Source of the DNA: Histomonas meleagridis 2922-C6/04-290x
Taxonomy: Eukaryota; Protista; Parabasalia
Length of the DNA stretch: 64,000 bases
Reading direction: 5' to 3'
Assembly: GCA_020184695.1 (NCBI GenBank)
Contig: JAANOX010000002.1
Coordinates: 310,001 to 374,000, forward strand
Shown one piece after another: positions 20,619 through 30,500 of the stretch (position 1 is the stretch's first letter; every line of letters begins with the position of its first letter). The notes below the pieces were generated by a model that had not been told where the DNA came from, did not search any database, and saw nothing but the letters and a program-made list of their open reading frames with translations. The translations under genes and the position numbers were made by a program.

Positions 20619-22832
20619 ATGTACCTCAGATCAGCAAAAGCTACTAAATATCATGAATCAGTATCAATTAAAAGAACTTTCTATAGGTTTTGGAATAATC
20701 AAATCAATTTATTTTTACTTTTTCAAATTTTTATATGTTTTATTCAAACACATGAAATTGACCTTATAGTAAAACATGAAGATAATCGGATAAGACTTGA
20801 TTGGAGCCATAATATGTCGAATCAAGGAATCATTTATACGACCCATACTTTATGCGAAGGATATGATTGGAAACAACTGAGCTCATTTGATTTTAGTTCA
20901 ACAAAACAGATTAATGTGTTGAATGTATATCCAAAAGATGATACAATAATTGAAGTAACATTTAAAAATGCTTCAACACCAAACATGACATTAGCAGTCA
21001 CGGGATTACTTAAAGTTTGGATGGAAGGTGGCAGCTATGATTATAATGGCGAACATTTTGAATTTGAATCTTTGGGAGCTAATCCATATACTCTAGAACA
21101 AATTATGCGCATTACGCCCAAATCAAATACTGAATTTGATGAAATGAGTTTAGAAGAAATGCAAAAATATGATGTTATAGTTATAGGGTTCTTCGATAGA
21201 AATGGAGGATATGGAAATCATCCAAAAAAAGACACAGTTCAACGTGTTTCAGACTATATTGATTTAGGTTATAGTGTTCTTATGGGCCATGATGGGTTCG
21301 GCTTTTATTTCGGCAATAGTCATGGGTATGGACCTATTGCTGATAAATTTGGCGTCAAACTTGGCACAGAAACTATTAATACAACATCTTCATATTATTC
21401 TGTTGGAACAATTTCATCAAGATGGATGCATTGGTCAGAAGAATTTTTCATTAAAATGAATGGGCTATTAACTGAATACCCATATAAAATTCCATATGGA
21501 AAATTACCAGCTTATTTAACACATACATGTTCGAATGCTGCATTTGGAGATGTATGGATGGAATTAGGTGAAATTAATGTGCCTAATGGTGAATATGTTG
21601 GTGATTTTACTGAAGCAGAAAATTATCAATGGGAATTAGATGGTTATGATGAAGTCAGATATGGTAATCCACATTATTATTTAACAACTTATAAAAACAC
21701 TGCAATGATTCAAATAGGTCATACAGGATGTAATGCGACCGAATTTGAAAGAAAAGTTTTAGCAAATACAATATATTATTTATGTCAAAGAACTTCATTT
21801 AATTATTCATATGATAATTCGATTTTATATAAAAATACAAAATTAAAGAAGCCAAACATAACTCGAATTGATAACAAAAGATCTGTTATATTAAGTGTTA
21901 ATAATGAAACAGAAGAAATTCATTATAAAGTTATTGGTAAACCTTTAAATGAAAACATTACATATGAATCCAATATAGAAAAATTTGTTCTAACTTATTA
22001 TTCAAAAGAATATTATTATATCATTGATAAGGTTAACGAAACAATAATTACATTAGAAATGGTAGAAAAAATTAATAAAACTAATGATATCATTGATAAT
22101 ATCATACTTCATGAAGATATATATATTCATGTTGCTGCAATTGATAATTATGGGAAAATAAGTGAAACATCTCATTATTTCATGGGAAAATCGCCTGACC
22201 CAACGCCAACATTTACTAAATCAGACACATTTACACAAAGTAATTCATTTACAAGATCAAATACATTTTCAGAGTCAAATACATTTACAAGATCAAAAAG
22301 CACATTCATTTCATCACATATCTCTTATAATACTCATTTGCGATTTTTGGGTGTTTCTTTGTCGCACTCTTTCTTATTGTCTTATTCATATTCAGTTACA
22401 GAAACAATTATTGTTAAGTCATTCTTAACAGATTCATTAACTGCTTCATTACAAAAATTTCTCAATACAGTTACAATTTTATACGATTATTCTGTTGTCG
22501 CATACACAACTTATCTCACATTTTATTCAAATTTTTATGTAATTATAAATGACCAAAATGAAAAACAGACAAAATCCAATAACGCAACTTCCATTACAAT
22601 TGGCGTTTGCGTTGTATTCGTTGCAGTTTTGTTGGTTTCTTTAATTACAGTTTTCCTTATTCGTACACGAAACAAAAAACAAAATAATAATGACGAAGAA
22701 GCATTAGAAATTTCTGTTGACGAAAATAAAGAAGTTGAAGATTTCGGTAACTTCACAACAAATTTATCAGAAATTGAAGTGGACCCATTTGCTAAAGATT
22801 TTAAAGAAAGTAACAAAATTCGAATTTCATAA
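20619..22832 (+). CDS. Type I membrane surface protein with a bacterial-like ectodomain, xFTxSN stalk, TM helix and DPF tail
   Basis: Shares NVLNVYP, LKVWMEGG, GHD, GLLTEYPY, YLTTYKNTAMIQIGH and ERKVLANTIYYL with 36715-38781. Stalk TFTKSDTFTQSNSFTRSN. TM helix near the C-terminus. Tail EVDPFAKDF. Confidence 0.8.
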   Translation: MYLRSAKATKYHESVSIKRTFYRFWNNQINLFLLFQIFICFIQTHEIDLIVKHEDNRIRLDWSHNMSNQGIIYTTHTLCEGYDWKQLSSFDFSSTKQINVLNVYPKDDTIIEVTFKNASTPNMTLAVTGLLKVWMEGGSYDYNGEHFEFESLGANPYTLEQIMRITPKSNTEFDEMSLEEMQKYDVIVIGFFDRNGGYGNHPKKDTVQRVSDYIDLGYSVLMGHDGFGFYFGNSHGYGPIADKFGVKLGTETINTTSSYYSVGTISSRWMHWSEEFFIKMNGLLTEYPYKIPYGKLPAYLTHTCSNAAFGDVWMELGEINVPNGEYVGDFTEAENYQWELDGYDEVRYGNPHYYLTTYKNTAMIQIGHTGCNATEFERKVLANTIYYLCQRTSFNYSYDNSILYKNTKLKKPNITRIDNKRSVILSVNNETEEIHYKVIGKPLNENITYESNIEKFVLTYYSKEYYYIIDKVNETIITLEMVEKINKTNDIIDNIILHEDIYIHVAAIDNYGKISETSHYFMGKSPDPTPTFTKSDTFTQSNSFTRSNTFSESNTFTRSKSTFISSHISYNTHLRFLGVSLSHSFLLSYSYSVTETIIVKSFLTDSLTASLQKFLNTVTILYDYSVVAYTTYLTFYSNFYVIINDQNEKQTKSNNATSITIGVCVVFVAVLLVSLITVFLIRTRNKKQNNNDEEALEISVDENKEVEDFGNFTTNLSEIEVDPFAKDFKESNKIRIS

Positions 22833-23174
22833 ACAATTTGTTCTTAATTTTTTTGTAAAATTAATTTTTGACACGCAGATACGATAAGTGAAATTCACTT
22901 CAAAATGACAATTTCAAAACGACGATAGTTTTCTGAACACCATTTGAGTCGCCTATCGTTTGGTGATACAGCATTGAAAAGTTCGTTTTTTTGAAAGTTG
23001 ACGATCGTTTTTATCTCAATTAAAGTTTTTACATTTAACCGTTTCGAACTGGAAAAAAAATTGTGCAGTAACAGAAAAGAGAATAAGACAAGAAAGATGT
23101 GCGTATGATCTTTATACGAAATTTTAGGTTTATATTCATGATATTTTGTCAGCCTCAAAATATAAAATTTTGAG

Positions 23175-23870
23175 TTAAAATTCATTTGTTGTATTTGTAA
23201 AAATACGAACTTCATACTCATCAACATCTGTAATGTCGGCATCTTGAAGCATTTGCGATGTGTCTATTTTTATTTTGGGAATCTGTTTGTATCCATTTCT
23301 TACAAAGTTTCCTTGCTTATGAAATAGCCCTCCTTGATACGCGTGTATTCCCAGAAGCGAACCAAAAACACGCGAATTGACTTTTATAAGATTTTTTCCA
23401 ATTAGTATTACTCCAACTTCTGAATATGCATTTGGATATTTTTCTGTGATTTTAAGGGCATTGCACAGCTTGTGACTAAAATGTCTTGCAACACCATTTC
23501 GACTAGAAAAATATATTTTTTGCAATTCTTGAAGAGATAACTTCTGTGGTTTCCATTCACCTAAAGGAACAAAACCTAGTTGCTGTCTATGTGTTAGATT
23601 TGATAATACATCTTGACATTCAATATTTTAATATTGAATTCAAGATTTACAAACATACGGATTAATTATTTTTTCATTTGGATCAAAGGCGCAATTTTTA
23701 TTTTGGCAATCTAAATTGGAAAAATCAAGAAAATTTTGATCGAACTTTCTCATTTCGGGAAATGTTGTGAAAATATCTGGAAGAGCTTTGCGCTTTGGAC
23801 TTGGCTGAGATGGCAAGTCTTTTTCTTCGTGGGAGAAATTATTGAAATAAGGTTTTTGTTCTCCTATCAT
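23175..23870 (-). pseudogene. IBD (Initiator-binding domain, IBP39-like) transcription factor gene with two in-frame stops
   Basis: LGFVPLGEW...YFSSRNGVARHFSHKLCNALKITEKYPNAYSEVGV...FGSLLGI...GGLFHKQGNF matches the trichomonad IBD family as I recall it. Upstream ORF 23640-23909 is in the same frame, separated by TGA (23640-42) and TAA (23628-30). Confidence 0.75.
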
Positions 23871-24490
23871 GAAAGGCTCTGCGAATGAAGTTTTGTTTGT
23901 TAAAATCACTTTTTGCTAACTTTCTTCTATCGTCGCGTTCAAAAGCATTTTTCTGGGACAAACAAATTCCGTCTACAACGGTTCACCTTTCGTTTAGGTT
24001 GTCTCAGTTTCTCATTCGCAGAATTATATTTTGAACATTTAATTATGACATTTTATACATGATACATGATGCGTCATATGATAGAATTTAAATCGATAGA
24101 AAATTAATAATGTTTAAAGATATATTAATTTTAACAATTTCTCTAAAATCGAACGTTCAGAAATTGTGAGTGATAACATTAGAATTAAGTGCTTTTTTCA
24201 GAATGTCATTGAAAACACTTTTGAGTATTCTCTAACAATTTTTCGTTTTGTGCAAACAAATTAACCGCGATGACAATACAAAATCGATTCTGATTTCGGT
24301 TAATGACTGAATTGAAAAAAAGTTTTAGCAGTTTTGAAAACGAGTTTGAATTTACAAATTGAATACGCATTCATTCAAAAAAAACTTACAAGTAATTGAT
24401 AAGTTATCATCTCCGAAATGAAAGAAGACATTTTAACAGAACTTCCTTAAAACGCCAACAAAAAAGGACTTATTTTAAATAATGTTTTAG

Positions 24491-27055
24491 TCAACTTGAA
24501 TCACGTTGATAAATCGCAATTTTCTGTACAATATAATGTGCTCGATATAAATCTACAAGTGAAGCCTCAGGGTAATAATGCTCACGTAGCTTGTCCTGAT
24601 TTATAATTATGCATAAAAGCCAAATATGTAATTCTTTTCTCTTCAATCCTTCCTTTATCCACTCTTCTAACTTCGATTTACCCACAAAATTCACGCCGCG
24701 GACGAAGTTCAACGAATGAACAAATCCAATCCATTTTTGATTTTGATAAAATCTTGATGCAACATCAATTATTACAGACCAAGGATCAGCTTGGAATCCT
24801 AATATTTTCGATTTAAGGCCATTGTAGAATTGCTTTGCTATTATTCCGACTACATCACTTCCATTTTCAAATATATCATCAATTTCCAAATATTCAAATG
24901 CTGGCGTAAGAATATATCTTTGGATATTCTCATCGCCCTCAGCCATGTATATGTTTGGGTCTGGACTAACAGTGAACGAATGTGTGTTAAACATATTTTC
25001 AATTGAAATCAACAAAGTTTCCAAAAATTTCTCATCCCTAATCAACGCAGTCTTACAGTAATACCTCAGCAAACAATCATCGCTCCTCTTAAGCTCATGT
25101 AAGAACGCGCCAAACGAATTCGTCTTCAGCATGATTGATGTGCTAATTAAAGCCTGGTTAACGGTCGCCTTCTCCTTTTCCATTTGGACACAACAAGGCT
25201 CAAGTTCGGGAAGGAAGACGGCCATTTCACGGAAAAGAGGTGTGAGAGGTTCCGTTGATTCCATTCCTGTAAAGTTATTGAGGCCATTCAAAAGAAGTGA
25301 TGATAGAAGGAAACATAAATGTTTGGTAAGATTGTCATTATTATGTGAGGCTTGATCAATGAAACGTAATTGCTGATCAAGTATTGAGATTTCGGTGATG
25401 AATTGAAGATCTGGTTGAGATTTCTCATTAAAACTATCAAGATCAAAGTTGGGATTAATTGAAAATTCAAACTCTTTGGTGATGTCGTATTTAACTTCTG
25501 CTTCTAACTTATTGATGGTTTCTCCTATTAAGGCTGATGATGGTGTTTCAATCCATGGGAAGAAACCAAGTTCACTGGTATCATCACTTAAGCCATTAAC
25601 AAGGGAAGCTATAGCAGATTCTTTAGTTTGTGTAAAAATTGAGCTTGATGAAACTTTGATATTTCGAGATAATTCTTCAAAAGAAGGAATATGATAAGTT
25701 TCTCTCTTATACTGCATTTCACGCTTATGTTTGAGTTTCTCTAATCTCTCAGAGAGATCATTTGTTTCAGGTATTTCAAGTTCAGGGATATTCGTATTAG
25801 AAATTTGTTTGTTTTCTTTTTTGATTGGAATTGGCGTACTAATTATTGGTATTTCAGTTGTAGTGATATCAGGAATAATCGAAGTATCTTCAATTGGACT
25901 TATAATTATGTTCTCAACATTAGTAACCTCATCGTTAACCGTAACTTCATCGGCTTTGATGTCTTGCGGCGGTTGGATCGGCTCAAGCCTGATGACTTCT
26001 TCTGGCTCCTGCACGTTTGTTGACTTTCTGTTATTTGCAGGGGAATCACTTTTTCGAGAAGAAATATCAACTGATTTGGCATCTCGTTGATGTTTTGCTC
26101 GACTTTTTGATCCAGATGATCTTTTTTCTCGGAAATTCCGAGACTTAGATGGTTGCATTGGTGTATTCCTTGCACGTGCTTTTGGCTCTTCAGTTTTCCC
26201 AGAAGTATTAAGATGTCGAGAATTATCTTCATTTCTTTGTGGAGATTCACGTGTTGGTTTTATTTCTTTAGGAGGATGAACCGGTTTTGGTTTCTCTACA
26301 GTTGGTTCTTGGACCTTGTTAACCTTTGACTTCTTCTTTGGTTGTATCGTTCTATTAGCATATCCATATATATAAATAACCCAACTTAGCATAGACTGTA
26401 ATGTCGGGCACTTTAAGGTGCAAGAAGTAATTTTGTTATCAGGCTCAATTTTTATGATTTTGAAACAATTTGGAATATCAGATTTCCCTATAGCTTTGAC
26501 AAACTCAAAAAGAGGTGAAACTGTTATGTTTGGCTTTAAAATCGAGTCAAATCCAATAGTTGGTGTATCTAATCTAAGGACTTGAAATCTGATTTCACCT
26601 GCAAAATTGGCTATGTTGGCACTAACTTTCGTTAGCTTACTTACTCCTGAAAAAATTCCTTCAAGTTCTTCGCTACAAGTTTCAAAAAAATTAGAATTAA
26701 GAATAAAAGTCATTGTAAGATTAAGGACATCGTAATATCCTTCATAAAAAGCACGTGCTTCTTGTTCGGCTTGGAATATTAACTCAAGTTTTGTTGATGA
26801 AATAAATGTTTTCATTGCTATTTTAGGTTTTTCTGTCTTAGAAAATGTTGGCACATCGAGTGTATAGTTTGGTGCAAATAATACAAAGCAAGGTATTGTT
26901 TTTCCATGAGATTTAGATGAAAATATAAAAAATGGACCAACAGAATCAACATCATACTTTTTTAATTTAGAAGAGAATGGAGTCTTTGTTTCGATTTTCC
27001 CGTAGTTCTTGTGAATATCGAGTGCATCATAGATTGTAGGAAGTTTCAAGTTCAT
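24491..27055 (-). CDS. Hypothetical protein with low-complexity middle and probable C-terminal RUN-like domains
   Basis: 854-aa ORF. KLEEWIKEGLKRKELHIWL...LREHYYPEASLVD and LLRYYCKTALIRDE resemble RUN-domain blocks. Confidence 0.6.
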   Translation of the reverse strand: MNLKLPTIYDALDIHKNYGKIETKTPFSSKLKKYDVDSVGPFFIFSSKSHGKTIPCFVLFAPNYTLDVPTFSKTEKPKIAMKTFISSTKLELIFQAEQEARAFYEGYYDVLNLTMTFILNSNFFETCSEELEGIFSGVSKLTKVSANIANFAGEIRFQVLRLDTPTIGFDSILKPNITVSPLFEFVKAIGKSDIPNCFKIIKIEPDNKITSCTLKCPTLQSMLSWVIYIYGYANRTIQPKKKSKVNKVQEPTVEKPKPVHPPKEIKPTRESPQRNEDNSRHLNTSGKTEEPKARARNTPMQPSKSRNFREKRSSGSKSRAKHQRDAKSVDISSRKSDSPANNRKSTNVQEPEEVIRLEPIQPPQDIKADEVTVNDEVTNVENIIISPIEDTSIIPDITTTEIPIISTPIPIKKENKQISNTNIPELEIPETNDLSERLEKLKHKREMQYKRETYHIPSFEELSRNIKVSSSSIFTQTKESAIASLVNGLSDDTSELGFFPWIETPSSALIGETINKLEAEVKYDITKEFEFSINPNFDLDSFNEKSQPDLQFITEISILDQQLRFIDQASHNNDNLTKHLCFLLSSLLLNGLNNFTGMESTEPLTPLFREMAVFLPELEPCCVQMEKEKATVNQALISTSIMLKTNSFGAFLHELKRSDDCLLRYYCKTALIRDEKFLETLLISIENMFNTHSFTVSPDPNIYMAEGDENIQRYILTPAFEYLEIDDIFENGSDVVGIIAKQFYNGLKSKILGFQADPWSVIIDVASRFYQNQKWIGFVHSLNFVRGVNFVGKSKLEEWIKEGLKRKELHIWLLCIIINQDKLREHYYPEASLVDLYRAHYIVQKIAIYQRDSS

Positions 27056-27511
27056 TTTCTGTCGGTGGAAACTTTCAGTGAAAAAATTTTACATAAATTG
27101 TCAATTTAAATAAGCAAAAGCAATAACAAGAACTGAAGAGCTGAAATATAGTTCCAAAAATACAATAATAACCATTCCAAATAAACATCTATCATTGGTT
27201 TTTTAGCAAAACAATAAAATTTTTTATAAATGCAAACATTTAAATAACACTTATACTTGCAACCACTTCCACAAAATAAGCCCATTACCTACCAGATAGG
27301 TATTAGGGGAGATTTTTAACAACGATTGCAAAATTAATATGAAAAAATTGAATCAATGAATAAACAATCATTATTTTAAAAACTTTAATATTATGTTTTC
27401 TATTACTTTGGTAAATTTTTTCTTAGATAATCATGTTATTTGGTTCACAGGCTTTAAATTTGATTTTTTGGAAAAAAATTCGTTATAGTCACTTTTGGAA
27501 GAATTGTTTTG

Positions 27512-30500
27512 ATGAATTTGGAACTAGAAGCAGAGAAAAATGAGGAAGAACTAGGTAAAATAATTAAAGAAGTTACAACAAGTATGGAACAAAAAATCAA
27601 AAATTTTTCTTCTGAAAACATTTCAGCATTCACAACTTCAATTCCAACCAAAACATTACTTGACTATCAAAATGAGCGGGAATTAGCAATATCCAAAATA
27701 GAAAGTGAAACATCACAAATATCACCCACATCTTATTTTGAAAAATTATTTGACCAATGCCAAAACTTAAAAATTCCCACAATTTCACTTACAAATTTTT
27801 TTGAAAATGAAATTTCTCGCATATTCCATTTAAAAGAAGTTACACTTTCACGATTTGAAGACATCTCAATTCAAAAAGAATCATTACAAACTTATATCAA
27901 TTATCAAAAAGAAATCACAACGGAAATTCATCAATGCGAATTGGCTTTAGCACGACTAACATCCAAACTAACGCTTTTATCAACAGAAGATGATATTTTA
28001 TATTATATTCGTTCATTTTTTCATTCATTTATACGTGAAATAATGCTTAAAACTTTTTTAACAATTTTTAAAACGTTTCCAATATCAAATCGATATACTA
28101 TTATTAAAACATGTTTATCACATATTGAGAATGACATTAATTCATCAGCGCGTCAACACACGCCAAATCTTCCATTTTTATTAAACAATGAAAATGATTT
28201 AAACAATGAAATAATTCGATATCAAAAATTATTTAACATAAAAGCAAATTTTAATGATGAAAATGGACAAATGTATTTATATCAAAGTGATTTATTATTT
28301 ACTCAAAGTTTCGAACGAATCATCTCATTAAAACATAAACCTATAGAAGTACCTGAAATTACATATGAAGTTCAAAAGAATAATCGAGAATTAATTGATG
28401 AACAATTCTATAATGACATAGAAATTATTGTGAGTCTTCAAAACGTTTACGAGATTGTAAAATCAAATGAAATCAAACAAATTTCAGAGTACATCAAAGA
28501 GACCGTTAACTCGTATAATCATACTATTGGCATCCGGAAAAGAATTGGAGATACAAGTGGATTTTTAAAGAGAAAAGAAACTCTTCCACTAGAAAAGATC
28601 AAGTGTTGGTTACGACTTAAGATTTTAAACATTAGACTATTTTATGAAGGAATATTAAGTTGCATTAATTTTTTCGAAGGTATTAAACAAAATATTAACA
28701 AAAGCCATTATACATTCCAACGTAATGAACATTTCCCAAAAATATTTAATGTTGTTAATGATGACAAAACAATTTTTTTTAAATCTGCAACCAAAAAATT
28801 TGATCTCATAATCAAAATTTTATTAAAAGTTGCGTCGTATTACATCCAATGTTATAATCCCATAGAGAATTATGAGACCAAAAACAAAGTCATTGATTAT
28901 TTAACAATTTTAGAACAAATCTTTGAGCTCGAATATAAATTCTGTGATTCCAAACGCGAATTACTTCAAGTTTATTATGATATCTATCTACACAATCCAC
29001 AAAAACATTATACTAAAGAAATATATAAAATAATTGAAGAAAAACCAATTTTTAACTTAACTCTTTATAATTATTTTAATTATTCATTTAATGTATCAAT
29101 CGAATTAATGAATGAAAGAGCAAAATTAATATATACATTATATGAATTACAAATATTTCATGAACGAAAAACTAATAATTCATTACCTTCATTTTATCCT
29201 TATTTCGATCGACCCTCATTAATACAATGTAAAACTAATTTCCGTTTTTTCATTGAATCAATTCCATTAAATCCATTTGAAGTATATCCATCGTTATCAA
29301 TAATATTTAAATTTTTAAAAATTGGTGAAGAGATTTCACATGACATTTCACAGGGAATTGATTTCAAAGGTTTACAATATTTCAATTATTTACACCTATC
29401 GGTGATCAAAGAAATGAACAAACAAATTAATAAAATGATATTAAATGGATTTATACCATTTGATCCACGGAATTATCCATTTCATTGTAATATTTCCAAA
29501 TCTGTTTCATCGTTTATTATTTCTCCATTTTTGTTTGATATTAATTCGATTTTTTCATTAATTAAATCAAATCCAAAACATAAACAACTTCGATTTGGTT
29601 TGAAGTATATAAATGTTTTGTTAATATCATTTAAATTATTTAAATATTTGTTGATTAGTGATATATTACAAAACATTTATATGTTCCAAAACGAAATTTC
29701 TCAAACACTTGAAAACGATATATTTATGAAACCATTTCTCGAGTTACTTAAAAAACATAACGAAGAAGAAGAAAAAGAAAATAATTCGAATTCCAAATTA
29801 TTAAATTTCGCGTTAAACGATTTCGAATTTGTTGGAATCGATTTTAATGACAAAGATGAAATATTAAATGAAAATGTTTTGTTGAAATTACTTCAGTTCC
29901 AAATGTTACATTGTATCATTTTAGAGATATCGATTCGTTATAACTATTTGTTACTCGACAATAATTTCATCATCGAATATTTCGGACTTTCGAATGATGA
30001 CACAGATGACATCGATTTGTTTTTAACGCAACAAATCCCTAAAGAAGAACAAACGCAAATCGATGATAAGAAATTTGTTCGTTCATTAATGATACAAAAG
30101 TTTCTATATGAGCATCAAAACATTCTCAACAACAATAAAAAAGCGAAGAAGAACATCGAATATTTCTCTGTAAATATATTCATCACGAAATCGAACATCC
30201 GCAAAAACTTATACAAAAAATATCATAATAATAATAATATAAATGAAAATGAATTATATAATAATTATATACAAGATGTAATCGATATATTTTCGGCATA
30301 TTCATATCGATTAGAATTAGCATTAGTTTCACGTTTCATTCGACAATCTTTGATGAATCATTCATTCATTGATTATTTTATCATCGATTCGACAAATATA
30401 CAATTGATTAATGAAGTCGGACATATCCAAAATCATTTCGTAATTCCTTCATGGGTCGATTCATTATTATTACTTCGGAATGTTCCTTTGTTACTTCAAT

